Positions 28,568 to 48,989 of a stretch of DNA of 64,000 bases are shown here, in pieces. The DNA lies in assembly GCA_965153355.1 (NCBI GenBank), contig OZ231126.1, positions 43,648,001-43,712,000 of the forward strand, given 5' to 3'. Made by a program: the position numbers and the translations under genes. Under the pieces are notes generated by a model that saw nothing but the letters and a program-made list of their open reading frames with translations, did no database searches and was not told where the DNA came from. Within the stretch, counting starts at the first letter, position 1; the number at the start of each line of letters is the position of its first letter. The DNA is from Flaccisagitta enflata. Lineage: Eukaryota.

Positions 28568-30716
28568 TCACTTTTAGGGCATTGAAGGGCCAATTTATTT
28601 ATTCAGACACTGCCATCTAGGGCAGGAGAGCTAGATGGGAATAAAAGAGCTGGTTTATGATCCTCTAAGGGCCCTTCCCGAGGGCTTAAGGGACCCAAAA
28701 CTTTCGGGAAAGACCAAAATCTTCCTATTTTTCATGTTTTATTTGTTTTGCTTCAAAGTCGATGAACTGGTTTATCACACCTGTATCATATTTTTGGAAA
28801 AGTAACTTCATTCATTCGTTCATACTTCCATCCAATCATTCATCCTTTTGTTTATTCATCCATTCATACATTGATTGATTTGTTGACTAATTCATTCTTA
28901 CATTCATTGTTTCACTGATTGATGAATGAAACAAGTTATTCACTCTTGGAAAAATTATCAATTTAGCTCTTTGCTTACACTTTTAATCCCAGACTTGCTA
29001 CTGGAACTGTAAAAAAAAATATTATTGCGTTGGTTTAACAGCTAGTTGCTGCCTCATTTACCATCTTTATTCCATTTTCAGCTGCCTATGTGTGGCAAGG
29101 ATATGAGGGCGGTTTAAAAGGGAGGGGAATGAAGCCTCCGATTTCAACATTTGAATTTTGTGAACGCAATCAATTATAAAATGAGAATTTTTCAATTCTC
29201 TCCAAACAATCATAGCGGAAGCTCAGGTTGATCAAGCTATAGAGTTGTGTGAGGGTGTAACGCTTGGACAAAAGACGAGAAACAATGCTGAAGTAAATCA
29301 GGTTGCCATTGGCACTTGGCACCTGAAAGAACAGGCAACGGAGGGAAGCGCAAGATTTGTGCTCTTGGATTTAGGCTTTAAAGCTGGATCTTGGGCCTTG
29401 ATGCTAGGTTTTGCGCCATGAGGCTAGGATGTGCGTCATGAGGCTGGGATCCGGGCCTTGAGACTCGAATGAGTGGGAGGGGGGGGGAGAAGAAGAAGAC
29501 GAAGAAGAAGAAGGAGAAAATTCCCCATATGTGTGAAGGCATGGATCATGAACACCTTTGGGTCTGCTGCCCAAAAACAGATTCACTAGCCTTGATTCAG
29601 GTGCCAGAAGACGGATCAATGACGGCTATTGAAAAAAAAATCCTAAGATCTTACTAAGGGTTAAATTTTATTGCTGAATTCGCTCTCTCTCTCTCTCTCT
29701 CTCTCTGTGATTAAAATTTGATTTATACCTTGTATGTCTTATTCATTATTGACTTGAGGCGCTAGACAGAAAAGTTGAAAAATTCAGATCACTAACTCTC
29801 CCTCCTCCTCCTCCTCCACAACCCCTACAACCCCTCAATCACTTAAGTTCCTCCTTCTATGTAATTGTCACGTCAATTGGGTCCATTAAAGTATCTATGG
29901 TTTTTTTCCAGAGTTTAATGAGGGCTGTTTACTGAAACCTAACTGGCACATATAGCGAAAATCTTGAAAATTCACGAAAATCTCATTTGCATATTGTGGT
30001 CAAATTCCGCGCAACTAGACCATTCAAAATTGACTCCAAACTGGTTCATTCTCATTCCTAAGACCCATACCCGTCATAAAAATCCCCCATGGGGTCTATG
30101 AAAATGAATCCCAACACCTGACTACGCCCTAATATATATGTATGTGAATATATTGATCTATTTATCATTATGATTTTGTGCAAATTCTCTGGGCCTTTGG
30201 CTCTGCAGTTTGCAAATAGCTAACACCGAAAATCAGCGATAATCGGGGAACACTTATATTTTCTTTAGTCTGGGACAAAGGTAGATATGACGGAAAAGTG
30301 ACAGGGAGTCGCATGAAATTCTGGATGCAGAGCGGGATGGCATGACTTCGAGCATGTTCTATCACGCCGCCTTACTAACAAGGCCGGATACACGGCTACC
30401 CTGGTCGCCTGCGGGTGGGCAGGGGCCGTGATTGAGGTCACCAGAACATTTGGGCAGGAGCATTGAGGCTAAAAACCAAAAAAGTAAAGTGTGACGGACG
30501 GACCGACGGACTGACAAAGCGGGGTGTAGAGTCGCGTAGCACGCGACTTAAAATACAAGCTAACTACTTGTTCGTGATCAGTACTTTTCTATTCATATCA
30601 AAATTGGAAAACGCATCATCATGATTCATCAAGCAGGCCAGTAAGTTGATATCGGCTTACAATGCCAAAGCTACCATTTTCAGAACCCCCAACCAACCCA
30701 TATCAAATATTGTTAT

Positions 30717-30808
<92 letters not shown>

Positions 30809-30889
30809 GAGGTTGCTTTCGCGTTTTTTGCTGCAATTGCTGTTGGCGTTCGTAATCAAACCCTTCTAATCGCCACTCATATCCCCTCG

Positions 30890-36729
<5,840 letters not shown>

Positions 36730-36913
36730 CAAAGAGGGCGTTCGCGATGGAGGAGCGGAGGAGTATGTGTCTATGTCCCTTTTGTTTTATTCGAGCAGAA
36801 GAAGAAGAAGAAGAAGAAGAAGAAGAAGAAGAAGAAGAAGAAGAAGAAGAAGAAAAAGAAAAGGAAGAAGAAGAAGAAGAAGAAGAAGAAGATGATGAAG
36901 AAGAAGTAAAAGA

Positions 36914-37002
<89 letters not shown>

Positions 37003-37061
37003 AGCTTTGACACGCTCCCGAGGTAACTTGAACGGACCTCGGGGAAGTACACACACACACA

Positions 37062-37146
<85 letters not shown>

Positions 37147-38149
37147 CTTGTTTCCCCCTGAGAGACAAGCACCTGTGGGAGAATCCACGTCTAAAATCCA
37201 TACTTTTCCGTGATATACTTCTTAGATTGAAAAATGGGAAGCTATAGCTTTTTTTTCTTCTCGCTTTAGAAATTCATTCGGGCCCGTTAACTTTCTTTCG
37301 ACACGTCAATATCCTACTGGAAGAAAGTAACCATTGTTCCAAGGCGCTGCTCTGAATTCTTTGAATTCCGTCTTCAGTTGCCAAAATTGATAGCCTTTAC
37401 CCTAAATCCAATGTTGTGTAACATTCGTCATCTGGGCTTATTTGTATGATCGTTACACTTAATTTGTCTAACGCCTGATTCCAATGACATCGAGTAAGTT
37501 ACAGTACGGTGGGAGCAATAAGGGCAGTACAAAGAGGGCCTTCTATATTCTTATTGTTTGAAGGAAGAACCTAAAGCTCTAGTTTTTCTGAAAGCTGATG
37601 GTCCAAGGTATAGAGTGAACATATAATTCCACATCGAGTGATTCAAAACAAAACTTAAGATTAAATATATTTTCGCTACATGTAGTACGATAGCTCTATT
37701 GATAGAGTGCTGAACTCGAGGGCAACAGTTTGTTCTCTTCAGAGTCACAGGTTCAATTCCAGAGAGGTGTTGCACTTTTTTTCTTTTTGGTCAAAAGTTA
37801 CAGCTAGAGGTATGAAACTATGTTCACTCAAAGCTCTTGCCCATCAGCTTTCAGAAAAACCATAGTTCAAGCTACTTCATTAAGAGCAGGAAATGACCCT
37901 CCATCTGAGGTCCTTATTGCTCCCATCGTACTGTACTACTTTCCTGAATCATTCAACAAACCATTCCTTCATCTGTTCATTCATCAATTCCCTAATTCAC
38001 TCATCCACATGTAAATACTCAGTACTACAGTATTTCTACTGTACATTGGCCATTGATTTTGTTCATCTGTCCGCCTCTCCTTGTTTTGCTGACATTTGAC
38101 AATGTGCTTGTATGTCAACGTATGTCTTTTCTTATGTATTTTTCTTATG

Positions 38150-38208
<59 letters not shown>

Positions 38209-38398
38209 CCCGTTTCAACATAATTCTCAAATTCCCGTGTATGCACGAGATAGATTTTCTCATTTTGTTCAAACATAGAAAATATTGATTTTTCTCTCTT
38301 TTCTATCATCTGTGTTTATTTTTCAACTTTGAGGCCGTTTTCCATAAAAGACGGTATTCAAAGTCAATTTTTGAAAAAAAAGACGCACCATTCCGAAA

Positions 38399-41222
38399 AT
38401 GACCACTCGGATCGGCGTCTCGGCATCCAACCATGTAAAAGTAGTCACCACGGTCACCAATAACTTATGTACCGGACGCAAGAATGATCATGACGATGTT
38501 CATGGCGCGTATTCGCTGACTGGAATTTGCGTTGATTTGTGGCAAAGAACGGCTAAAGATCTTAACTTGACGTACGATTTGAACATCGCGAAATCGTGGC
38601 AGGAGATGCTGATCAGCCTAGAAAACGGCAGCGCGGACGTCTTTATGGAAAGAATAAGTGATCGGACATTGACCATGGCAAATGCTTCTTACAAGTAAGA
38701 TTCCTTTGTTTAGAGTTGGGTAACATAGTATGACAAATAAAACAAATTACTCGCTTAACTAGGGTGTCTTGAGAAGGGGGTATTTGCAACAAGGTTATAG
38801 GCAGCCCTGATCTTAGCGATTTTTTCAAGCGGGCCAGTCGGGCCCGCTCCCAGAGATTTAAGCGTGCCCGACAGCAAAACAGCGGGCCCGACATAACTAC
38901 TGTTCTCCTGCTGCACAAATCTCTATATAATGTTACAACAAAACAACTGTTGTCTTTCTAGACTGTCATTAAGCAATTTGAATATGTTTGGCAAAAAAGG
39001 AAGTTGATTTAAGTTGCATGCTACGGGACTCTAGAACTCACTTTGTCCATCCATTGCTCTGTTGGTTAGTCCGTCCGTCACAAAGTTCCCTTTTCATCTT
39101 TAGACAGTTTGGTACAATTCCGAATGTTTGAAAGGCTTTTAAAGAGTCTTTTGTTCATTTTTACGTCTTCCCAATTTTTGTTAGCATTGTTTGAAAATTC
39201 CAAGGCATGCGAGCGTGTTTTTGTAAACCTTTTTTCAGCATCATGTGGAAGAGAAAAAAAACTATTTATGGGAGGGTAAGATTGTCTTAAGCAGTGATGC
39301 AAGGTGTTCATTTTTTTTTGTTTCTTGGCACTAAAGCCCAGTTGTGAAATGGCTTTGATTGTGTCATTTTTCAACCAAAAAAAAAACGCTCATGTTATAT
39401 AAATGAAGTGAGATCAAAGAAAAATCATCACCATTTTAGCATTCATGAAAATATACCAAGCAAAATGAGAGCGGGCCCGTCGGGCCCGCATCCCTGAAAA
39501 AAAGTGGGCCCGACAGCCAAAATACGGGCCTCGGGCCCGCGGGCCCGCTCTAAAATCAGGGCTGGTTATAGGGCATAAGAAGGGAGCATATTTTCTTGAT
39601 TGTGCATGTGTACAGGTAGAAAAATTTTTTTCACTCCTTTGTCTCAGATGTTGCAAGCAAAAGCTCATTTCATACATGTTGCGAATACCCGAAAAAACGG
39701 CAAAAATCGCGAAAAATCGCGGGATGAAAATGAAGATTAAAAAAATCATAACTCAAAGAATAATCGTCGTAGGGACCTTTGGTTGGTGTCATTTGAAAGA
39801 AAAAAACCCTCTCTTAGGTACAAATCTTAAAAATGATCTGATTTTCCTGATGACCTTATCATTGCGTAAAAATGATAATAGTAAACCTTTTTTATCCTGC
39901 GATAAGTCTAATTACATAGTTTGATTCTTTTCCTAACGGTAAGACAGGGATAAGTCAAGTAATTCATGTTTTTAGTTGCGGACACGCAACTCTATAAGAG
40001 CCTTTGTCCGTCCGTCCGTCCGTCCGTCCATCCGTCGGTCCGTCGGTCCATCCGTCCATTGGTTTGTGAGCATGAGTCGAAAAGTGTGAAAACGCGTATT
40101 TCCGCCCCTGCCCACCCGTCCGCAACTGTTATTGGCCGTGTATCCGGCCTTGTTGATTGTATGTATTACTCAAGAGCAAAATAAATGTGTGAGCAAAATA
40201 TGCTGAAATTTAGATTTATACCGGTACAGACAGTATCTATGCAATTGCGGGGCTAACACAGCTGATTTGAGGTCAGTGAAGGGCTGAAAGCAAATTTTGA
40301 CCAAGAGGCAGTCGATTTCGACTTGAGAAAACATTTGGGATCTGTTAAGATTGATTTGGGGGCCTGGTGGGGCAGATTTATAGCTTCCTAAGGCTGGTTT
40401 GGTGCCTAGTAAGGCTAATTTGAGGCCATTGATATTCAAGCCCCTGAGACCCTTATCCAGTTGGTAGAGACCCAGATCCAGGCTACTGAAACAATAGCAG
40501 CCCAAAGGCAGTAAGTGGTCAGCAGTACCTGTGCCCTGCTAAAGTAGTGTGCGATTTAAGTTGAGGAGGAATTCCTGTAGAAGAGGGGGAATCTGTCCAT
40601 CCATCCATCCATCCATCCGTCTGTCTGTACATCGGCGCTTCATGGCCTCAAATTAGCCTTACTAGGACAGTATCTATGAAATTGAGGGGCTAACATAGCT
40701 GATTTGAGGTCGTTGTTGGGCTGAAGGCAAATTTTGACCAAGAGACTGTTGATTTCGACTTGAGATGTACAGGATCTGGCCAGGATTCTGATGACCTTAT
40801 CATTGCCTAAAAATGATAATAGAAAACCTTTTTTATCCTGCAAAAAGTCTAATTACGTAGTTTGATTCATTTCCTAATGGTAAGACAGGGATAAGTCAAC
40901 TCACTTAGGTACAAATCTTAAAAATGAACTTATTTTCCTGATGATCTGGTTAACTGGAGTCAGGATTTGAATAGTGGTGGTTGGAACCTGGGTGGCCAGA
41001 AGCTATGATTTTGGACGGATGGTGAGGAAGGGATTGAAAAAAGAAATTTTTTTAAAATATAAAATGTAAATGAAATTCTTTGACACCTCAATATTTTAGC
41101 TGTAACAATAGAGCTTTTCTTTTTTTTTTTTTTTTTTTACCCTTTTATTCTTTGATTTTTCTTCTTTGTCTCCTTGTCATTCTTTTCTTGTCTTTCTCTC
41201 TTGCTTTCTTTCTAGCTTTTTC

Positions 41223-41266
<44 letters not shown>

Positions 41267-43314
41267 TTTTTCTTTCTTTCTTTCTTTCTATTTTCTCATT
41301 GCTATTTTTGTTTTCCTCTTCTTTTTTTTAAGTTGGGGGCTCTACCGCGGGCCTCCCCTCATCGCGGGGCCCCCTCATCGCGGGGCCCTAGGCTTAAGCC
41401 TCTTAAGCCTATTGGGAAGTCCGGCTCAGCCCTAGCCTTAACCCAAAGTGCAATTTTGTGGGAAAAGGTCCATGTGGATCCCTGCTGACAAGGAAATGAA
41501 CTTGCGCATCACTCCTTGTTTCCATGAAGTTAGACTTCATCTGCATTCTGAAGGAGGATGGATATTTCTAATATAAACTAAATAAGCTTTTATATTCCAC
41601 TATCATTGTGTGGTAAGTAAAATGACTAGATCTGCTGATGACATTTTCTTGTGCTACACATGAAATCAGGATTAATCTAACAGTAGCGACAGAAAATTTG
41701 ATACATAACTTTTTGACACTATCTTTTGACTTATTGATAACTTTGGTTATTATTCAATATCAAACAAAACATCATTTGAAAGTTTATCAAAGGTATTTCA
41801 AAAACTGACTTTATGCGAGCTGGTCAGTCCTTTGGTTTGACCTCAGTATTGAGATGAAGTATGGTAGTTTTGATTTTGCTACTCAGGATTGGAATTTATG
41901 TAACTGAACTTTGCATCTGTGTTTTACTACTCCAGCTTAAATTTACCTTAGAAAAATCAAAAAGGCAAAAATTCTTGAATACTATAGATCAGCAGATGAA
42001 ATGATTGACCAACTCATAGCCTGACACAGCAGCACAAGGAGCTGTGGAGCAAAAATGAAGTATAGAAGGATTTACAGATAAAATTCTTCTAAAATGATAA
42101 TCATTTGACCATCATGATCAAAATCATTATTGTGCCTAGACCTTACCAAATTACCTCCACAAGAAGAGCTTTTGAAGCACTTTGGAAGAGTTTTCAAATA
42201 AAATTCAATGCAGGGTTGAAAAATACTCTGATTAGCCATATATCCATGTGAGATGGCGATCAACTTTGTATCAAATTTTCTGTCGCTACTGTTATCTGCA
42301 CTAAAAGTCTTTGATCCATAACGAAACGCATGCTTTTCTTTCGACAGCTTCTACTTGTCTCCGGCCTTTACCATGGGTGGAATAAGAGCGTCTATGCTAT
42401 CGATATCTGGCTCCAGTTTCGCGACCATGTCCAAACCGCTCACTTTGGAGGTGTGGTTGTCTTACATCCTCTTGTGGTTTTTGTACGGCTTCGCGCTGTT
42501 CATCATCTCGAAAATGAGCAAGAAAATGTGCGAGGAAATACCCTCCGCTAGCCCAGTGGAGGAGGAATTCACCCTTTTTCAGGCGGTTTGGGCATTTTCC
42601 TTGTCGACCTTGCAGTATGGAGCGGATAAGAACACCAAGTCGCTGGGCGCGAAAATTTTGCAATTTTTTTGGTGTGGGTTTACCATCTTTTTCACGGCAA
42701 TTTACACGGCGAATCTCGTCGCTTTTTTGTCCAACGAACCTGAAAAACCATTGCAATCGGTCGAGGAAATTGGGGGTTCTGAGAGAGGCCTGATATTTTG
42801 GCGAGTTTCGAACGACTTAGACAAGTTGGATGATATTGTCGGTGACGACCAAGTAGGCATCCAGCTCAATGGCAATCTGACGAAGAAAGACGCAGTCGCT
42901 TTGAAAAAATGGCTGGATTCTGGGAAAGTTTTAATCGCTTACGACACCGACATCGATTTTGTTGGAGAGTATATCCCAAATCTGTACAAACTCGAAGGAT
43001 ATCTTAGCTTTGAGGCATTTGGATTCGCCGTGAGGAAAAATTGGGCTTTTGCCGACCAGATGAGAGGGGTGTTCGTGGGATACGGAAAGCGGGGATACTT
43101 CAATCAGCTTTACCGAAAGTTCGTAAAACGAGAGGTCAAAGCGTCTCAAAGAGCTCAGTCGATGAATTTTGAGAATGTTTATCCCGTTGTGATAGCGATG
43201 CTATGGGGAATGGGGTTTTCTATCGTTGTCACTTTTCTGTCAATTGTCATTGGAACTGGCAAAAGAAAAGTATCAACCATCAGACAGTTCAGAACATCAA
43301 CTCCGCCTTTTTAA
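38399..43314 (+). CDS. Divergent ionotropic glutamate receptor / IR-like channel lacking an ATD, 2 exons, about 420 aa
   Basis: Exons 38399-38694 and 42348-43314, joined by a phase-2 GT-AG intron. S1 (GICVDLW), M1 (KPLTLEVWL), pore loop (WAFSLSTLQYG), M3 YTANLVAFL (SYTANLAAF-like), S2 (FGFAVRK) and a C-terminal TM helix. Confidence 0.88.
38802..39564. mobile_element. Non-autonomous hAT-like element in the receptor intron
   Basis: TIR CAGCCCTGAT; 8-bp TSD GTTATAGG (38794-38801, 39565-39572); subterminal CGGGCCCG motifs. Confidence 0.88.
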
Positions 43315-43417
43315 ATGGGTCGTAGCATTTCCGTCGGTCCGATATTTTGTTCGTGGCCATATATGTAACCCAAAATAATCTAGACAAATTAATAAGTATA
43401 TCATTATTTCCTGGCAG

Positions 43418-43775
43418 CAAAATACAACCAGTAAACTACAACCAAGATAATACAACCATGAAAATACAACCAGGGAAATACAACCAGAAAAATACAACCA
43501 AGATGATACAACCAAGAAAATACAACCAGGGAAATACAACCAGAAAAATACAACCAAGAAAATACAACTAAGAAAATACAACCAGGGAGATACAACCAGG
43601 GAGGTACAGCCAAGAAAATACAACCAGGGAGATTTAACCAGGAAGATACAACCAGAGAAATACAACCAAGATAATGCAACCAAGAAAATACAACCAAGAA
43701 AATACAACCAAGAAAATACAACCAAGAAAATACAACCAGGGAGATACAACCAGAGAAATACAACCAGAGAAATAA
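43418..43775. repeat. 15-bp minisatellite (AAATACAACCAAGAA variants)
   Basis: Direct tandem repetition. Confidence 0.95.
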
Positions 43776-43779
43776 CGGG

Positions 43780-43925
43780 TGGGCATGTCGTCGGCATAAA
43801 ACAGCGCAGCTATGAAAATGCACCAATACATGGCAACCTTTGTCAAGCGATAACAACTTGCCGATAAGATCGTCGACGTATATAGAATAGAAGTCCGGTG
43901 AGAGGACGCCGCCTTGTCTGGTTAT
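43780..43925 (-). mobile_element. Non-LTR retrotransposon reverse-transcriptase fragment, frameshifted
   Basis: RQGGVLSPDFYSIYVDDL in one frame followed by LFYADDM in another. Confidence 0.8.
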
Positions 43926-44301
43926 GGAGCAACTAACGGACGTACCAACTGGTGCAAACATACATGTACGACAAGATGGATTTGAGGTCTGAGTTGTCTG
44001 AATTAAAAAGACCATGAGAGGGCAGATTTGGATTGGGATGTGAGAGGACTCGACTGGCTGGAGAGCGCGGAGGGCATGCACACACAGACGGTCATGCGGA
44101 AATTCACTTCATTGTTCTAGGAGGCATCGACCTTTTGGGTAGCTTTTAAAAAAATGAATGCAAATGAATGAATGAATGAATGAAAAAACGAATGAATGAG
44201 TGAAGGAACGATTGAATGAATGAATGAATGCGTTGGGATCAGATTTTAAATACAAACTACAGGCAAGAATGACAGTGTTTACAACTGGCCGTCACCAATA
44301 G

Positions 44302-47300
44302 TAAGGGAGTACGAGTGTAGGGCAAGTCAAAATCTCGCCTCAGATACTTGATTTTCATGTCAGTGGGCCCAAAATATGATGTTTTCCACCAATTTTGGGG
44401 CTGTCACTCAAAAAATACCCCGCGGATGGCCCCAAAAACCAATTTTCGCATTATGTTGTTTTATTGACGTTTTTTAGCGTTTTTTTTGTGAATGGCTAAA
44501 ACTTTTTTCCTTTTCAAACTACTTTTGTTCATGCCATGCCTTAGTAGCATTCTTCATCATTTTGAGAAAAAAATAACTAAAAATTTTAACTATCAGCAGG
44601 TAAAAAATGATAAAAATTCCAGAAAAATGGGCAAAAAGGGAACACTGTTACTGAAATAAATATATCTAGCTATTTAACTAGCTCCTAGCCATGATATCAA
44701 TAAAACCTAGCAAACTCTAAGTTAAGCTAGTGATCTGTAATGAAATAGTAATCGTTTTATCAATCAGATAACTTAATCCTAGTCAAACAAAGTTCTATGA
44801 AAGAGCAGTGCAATCATTCAATTCATAAGATTTGTGTAAGAGTAAGAGTCAGATCATGAATGGTCGTTAATTTTTCCTAACCTCTATTGTGCTACTAGTT
44901 CTGGGCATTAGAGGTGATTAGTTATCCCCACTGAGCCTCAATGACCTCTCTGTTGAGAAGTGCAAAGACCAAATCTTTTTGCATAATATTTTTGGCAAAT
45001 ATAACAAAGGGTGTGATTTCAAGCACATGCTTCTTTTCAAAGTGATCTACTACTTTTTCAGTTGGGAAAATCCAATATGTTTTCTCTAAATCATTTTTTG
45101 CACAAGTTTTCAGAGTGTTGAGGGCTTGAACAATAGTGTTATCTAGCTCCTACTATCTAGGCGGAAAAAATCTTTTGTCCTGTAACACAAACGTATTTAT
45201 TGACGAAAAAATGAATACTAGTCAATTACAAATCCATCAATAATTTGTGTGAGCTCCCTTTGACAAAATCAGAGCAGCCATTTGTTTCAGAAGCGATTTG
45301 TAGAGCTGTTTGAGTTACTCAGGAGTAAAGGCTCTCCAGATCTATCTCGTGATGTTTTTTGTCTATTCTTTCGCTACAATTAGACTCACTGCATTCAAAA
45401 GAATCATCAAATCATAGAAAAATTGGTGACCTTAATGAAGCCCTTCAAATTTGCAAGCAGGTAACGCAAATTGCATCTGTCTAGCTCAAGGTGTTTAGAA
45501 GTAATCAAAAAAAGAGTGAAATGATATTATCAGAAGATTGTGTAGAAATGGCGAAAGTGAAACTGAAGTATTTCAATAAAAGTTAAATAAATTTTGAACG
45601 CATAGAGCTAGAGGGATGCTGTTTGCGTCAATCTCTTGCAAATTTGAAGGGCTTTAATTCTCTCACCATTTTTTTGATGATTGGTTGATTCTAACCTAAG
45701 ATATGCATGTAAATGTACCGAAAGATTTTTTTCGCCTAGATAGTAGTTGTATGACTGGACTGACCCAAGGTTACAACCGTCTACTTTCAAACTAATAAGA
45801 AACTCTTCCTCCTGAAGTGGCCATTGGAAGTCCAGATCAGGATCAGCTGAAGTGGCTGCTGCAGATTTTTTTTTTGTTTGAGACTGTACTGTGGGTGAAT
45901 CAAGTATATTAGTTGCTTTATAAACATCATCAACTGTAATGAATTCTTGATTGCATTGATCAACATGTGTAAAGAAGAGCGCCGCTGTGGAAGCCTAAAA
46001 AGGGGCATTACCCTGCACATTTCAATTATTTTGAAAAAAGTTAATCATTTGAATTTTTTTTCTAAAGCTTAAGCGGAAAGGCAAAAACAATTTCTAATGA
46101 AGGGAACCACAAGACAACAACTCCCTTCCTCGACATTTCATCAGTTTTCAATGTTTAAGCATGTAGTTTCCTTATAATTTAGCATAAGAGACTGTTATGA
46201 TGTTAAAATCAAATAAGAAAAAAGCGACGGCATCTGAATTCCAGTATGCAGAATGTAATGCCAGAAGATTTTCATACATTTGTTTGAAACTGATATTACA
46301 TTGCTTGAAGTAAACAAAGTCACTAGGCAACTCAGAAAAAGTAATTTTTTTCAACTTGATTTTTCTGCACAAAATAGACAGTTAATTCTGCTCCTTCAAC
46401 ATCTTGATTCAATAGTAGCATTTGTGAAATTCATTTTGAGATATCAATGGAGCATCACATTTAGGTTTCTTGCCATTATATCGGCACGAAGCCATCACTC
46501 TGTTTTTTGACAGCTCTCTGGCTAGCTTATCTGCCTCTGGATCAGTGAGAGCAAGTTTAGACTTCATCAAATCCTTTTGGGCCCTGGACCAATCTGTATT
46601 AATTTCTGAAACTTCCTTTTGCTTGGCTTTCAATTTTTAGTCGCGTGAACGCGACTCTAGAAGCCGCTATGTCGGTCGGTCGGTCTGTCGGTAACTTTTT
46701 TGAAATATAGGCTTTATAGTCGTTTTAAAGAATATTGAAGGTTATTAACGGTAATTATAGGTAATTTTTGATAATTATAGGTGATTTTGGGTAATTTTAG
46801 GTAATCATAGGTAAATATAGGTATTTTAATAATCTTTATCATATAAGTCAGAAAAGTTGTCTCGGACTATAAATTGAGGTAATTGTAGGAAATATAGGAT
46901 ATAATGGGTAATTATAGGTGATTATAGATAATTTATGATAATTTATGATAATTTTAGGTAATTATAGGTATTTACAGGTAGTTATAGGTAAATGTGGGTA
47001 ATTATAGGAAGATAAAAGTACTTAGTTATCTTCATTATCTTTATTACCTTAATTACCTTAATTACCTTTATTACCCTTATTACCACGCGACTAAGGTTTG
47101 TTGACCTTGTTTGTCTTGGAGCATGCATTCAGCTACCTCTGCAAATGCTTTGTCTATCAATTTGAGTACCAATCTGTCACTTATGCCTAAAATGCTACAT
47201 CTCTGATAGCTTTAAGCTGTTATGAGAAGTGTCCAAAGTAGTTCTCTCCTGCTTTGCTGTCCATTGGAATCTTATTAAAGTTTATCCTCTGTGAATATTT

Positions 47301-47675
47301 CTGAAAGTGGCTTCAACTGTATCTTTCCATAAGTGCCTGTTGCTTTTTTCTCACAGTATTCCTTACACTCAAGATATGCTAAAAAGCTGTCTAGCTGGTC
47401 AATTGCCTTGCCTTGCCAATTCTTCCCTCCTTCATCAGCATAGCATCATTTTTACGTCCTCTTTGCTCTTTAAATGCACTGAATTCTTCAGCTCTGTTCC
47501 ATGAATTTGAAGAATTCTCCATTGCAACAAACTTCATAGCCAGGTCCTTTTGGCACCTAAGTTGTCTTTTACCTTGCTTTTGTCAGAAATGATAAGTAAG
47601 GCTAATTTGGCCTTCCAAATTTTCAAAGAAAGAAGATAGGTAAAATAAGAGAGGTAAACAAAGAGAGAGGGGTAA

Positions 47676-47712
<37 letters not shown>

Positions 47713-48324
47713 AAAAGAGAGAGAGAGAAAAGAAAGGAAAGAAAAGAAGGAGAGTGAGGGAGGAGAGGGGGTAACTGAAAAATAACTACTGAGCTAGTTT
47801 AAATTAACAAAATGGAGTTAATTCGGAAAGAAATGATTAAGATACAGTTGAGCTTCACTAGAGCGCATGCCAGGGGACTGAGCAAAATTATGTCTTATAG
47901 TGAAGCTGGCTTATTACCACTATAGACACCATTAAAAAAATCTCTCATGAAACCACAGGTTATATGCCTTGTTGGCGGGCATGCCTTATTAGCGGGTGCA
48001 CTTTAGCGGTGCTCCACTGTATATCTAAAGCACATGCTAAATTCATGTTTTTGAGAAATATTGATCCTACCTGGTTAGTGCTTTACTCTTTTTATGAAGT
48101 TGAATTTTGAATGAACAAATAAGCTTTAAAATCTGACTAAGTGCGAAAAATCGTCTAAGAATTAGTCGCCATGTGGTTTTTGAGCCCATCCACGGGGTTT
48201 TTTTTTACCGATTGAGTTCTGATTGGTGATTTGCCACTAAGTAGGGTCCCACTCATAGGTTTATCGAGTATCTGAGGCCGTTTTTTGAAGTTTGCTCATT
48301 TTTGGGAAATCTCGTACTCCCTTA
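44302..48324. mobile_element. Decayed ~4-kb TIR DNA transposon with a 7-bp TSD
   Basis: TIR TAAGGGAGTACGAG / CTCGTACTCCCTTA; TSD CCAATAG (44295-44301, 48325-48331); subterminal inverted GCCTCAGATACT; broken coding-like remnants at ~45.2-47.6 kb. Confidence 0.8.
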
Positions 48325-48467
48325 CCAATAGTGTATATAGACCACTACCCAACTATAGATCATCCTTTCTGACAGAGTAAAGCTTTTCAATAAAATAATT
48401 CCACGTATCCGCATTTAACACTTGTAAACAAACACACCTGGTAATCTGTAATAGAAAAATGTGAGGT

Positions 48468-48660
48468 TAATACCCGAGCAATACCCGAGCATACCCGAGC
48501 AATACCTAAGCAATATCCGAGCAATACCCAAACATACCCGAGCATACCCGAGCGATACCAAAGCAATACCAAAGTAATACCCGGGCATACCCAAAGAAAC
48601 CCAAGCAATACCCGAGCAATACCTAAGCAATACCCGAGCATACCCGAGTATACCCCGGGT
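48468..48660. repeat. 10-11-bp minisatellite (ATACCCGAGCA)
   Basis: Direct tandem repetition. Confidence 0.9.
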
Positions 48661-48989
48661 TTTAATCTCACCTCAGATTACGTGGTAAAACACCCTCTTA
48701 AACATTCTGATAGAAACTGAGAGTAGACCAAAACTTTTTTTTCTGTAAAAAGAAGATAACGGCAACGAAAAAAATTAAACGCAAATTTAGAAATCTTTGA
48801 TCGTTTAACTGGAGGTGAGTAACTTTTATCGTTTTTCCGATTTCCCTCTCATTTTTTTAGTCGCGTGCACGCGACTCTATAACCCGCTCCGTCGGTCCGT
48901 CGGTCGGTCGGTCGGTAACACTTAGCTTTTTTGTGTCTTTTTGGGTCGTCTGGAGTTATTTTGAGTCATTTTTTTGTTATTTTTGGCAA

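Noticed and set aside
43297-43797. Hydrophobic repeat ORF resembling a membrane protein
   Set aside because: It is the translation of the 15-bp minisatellite.
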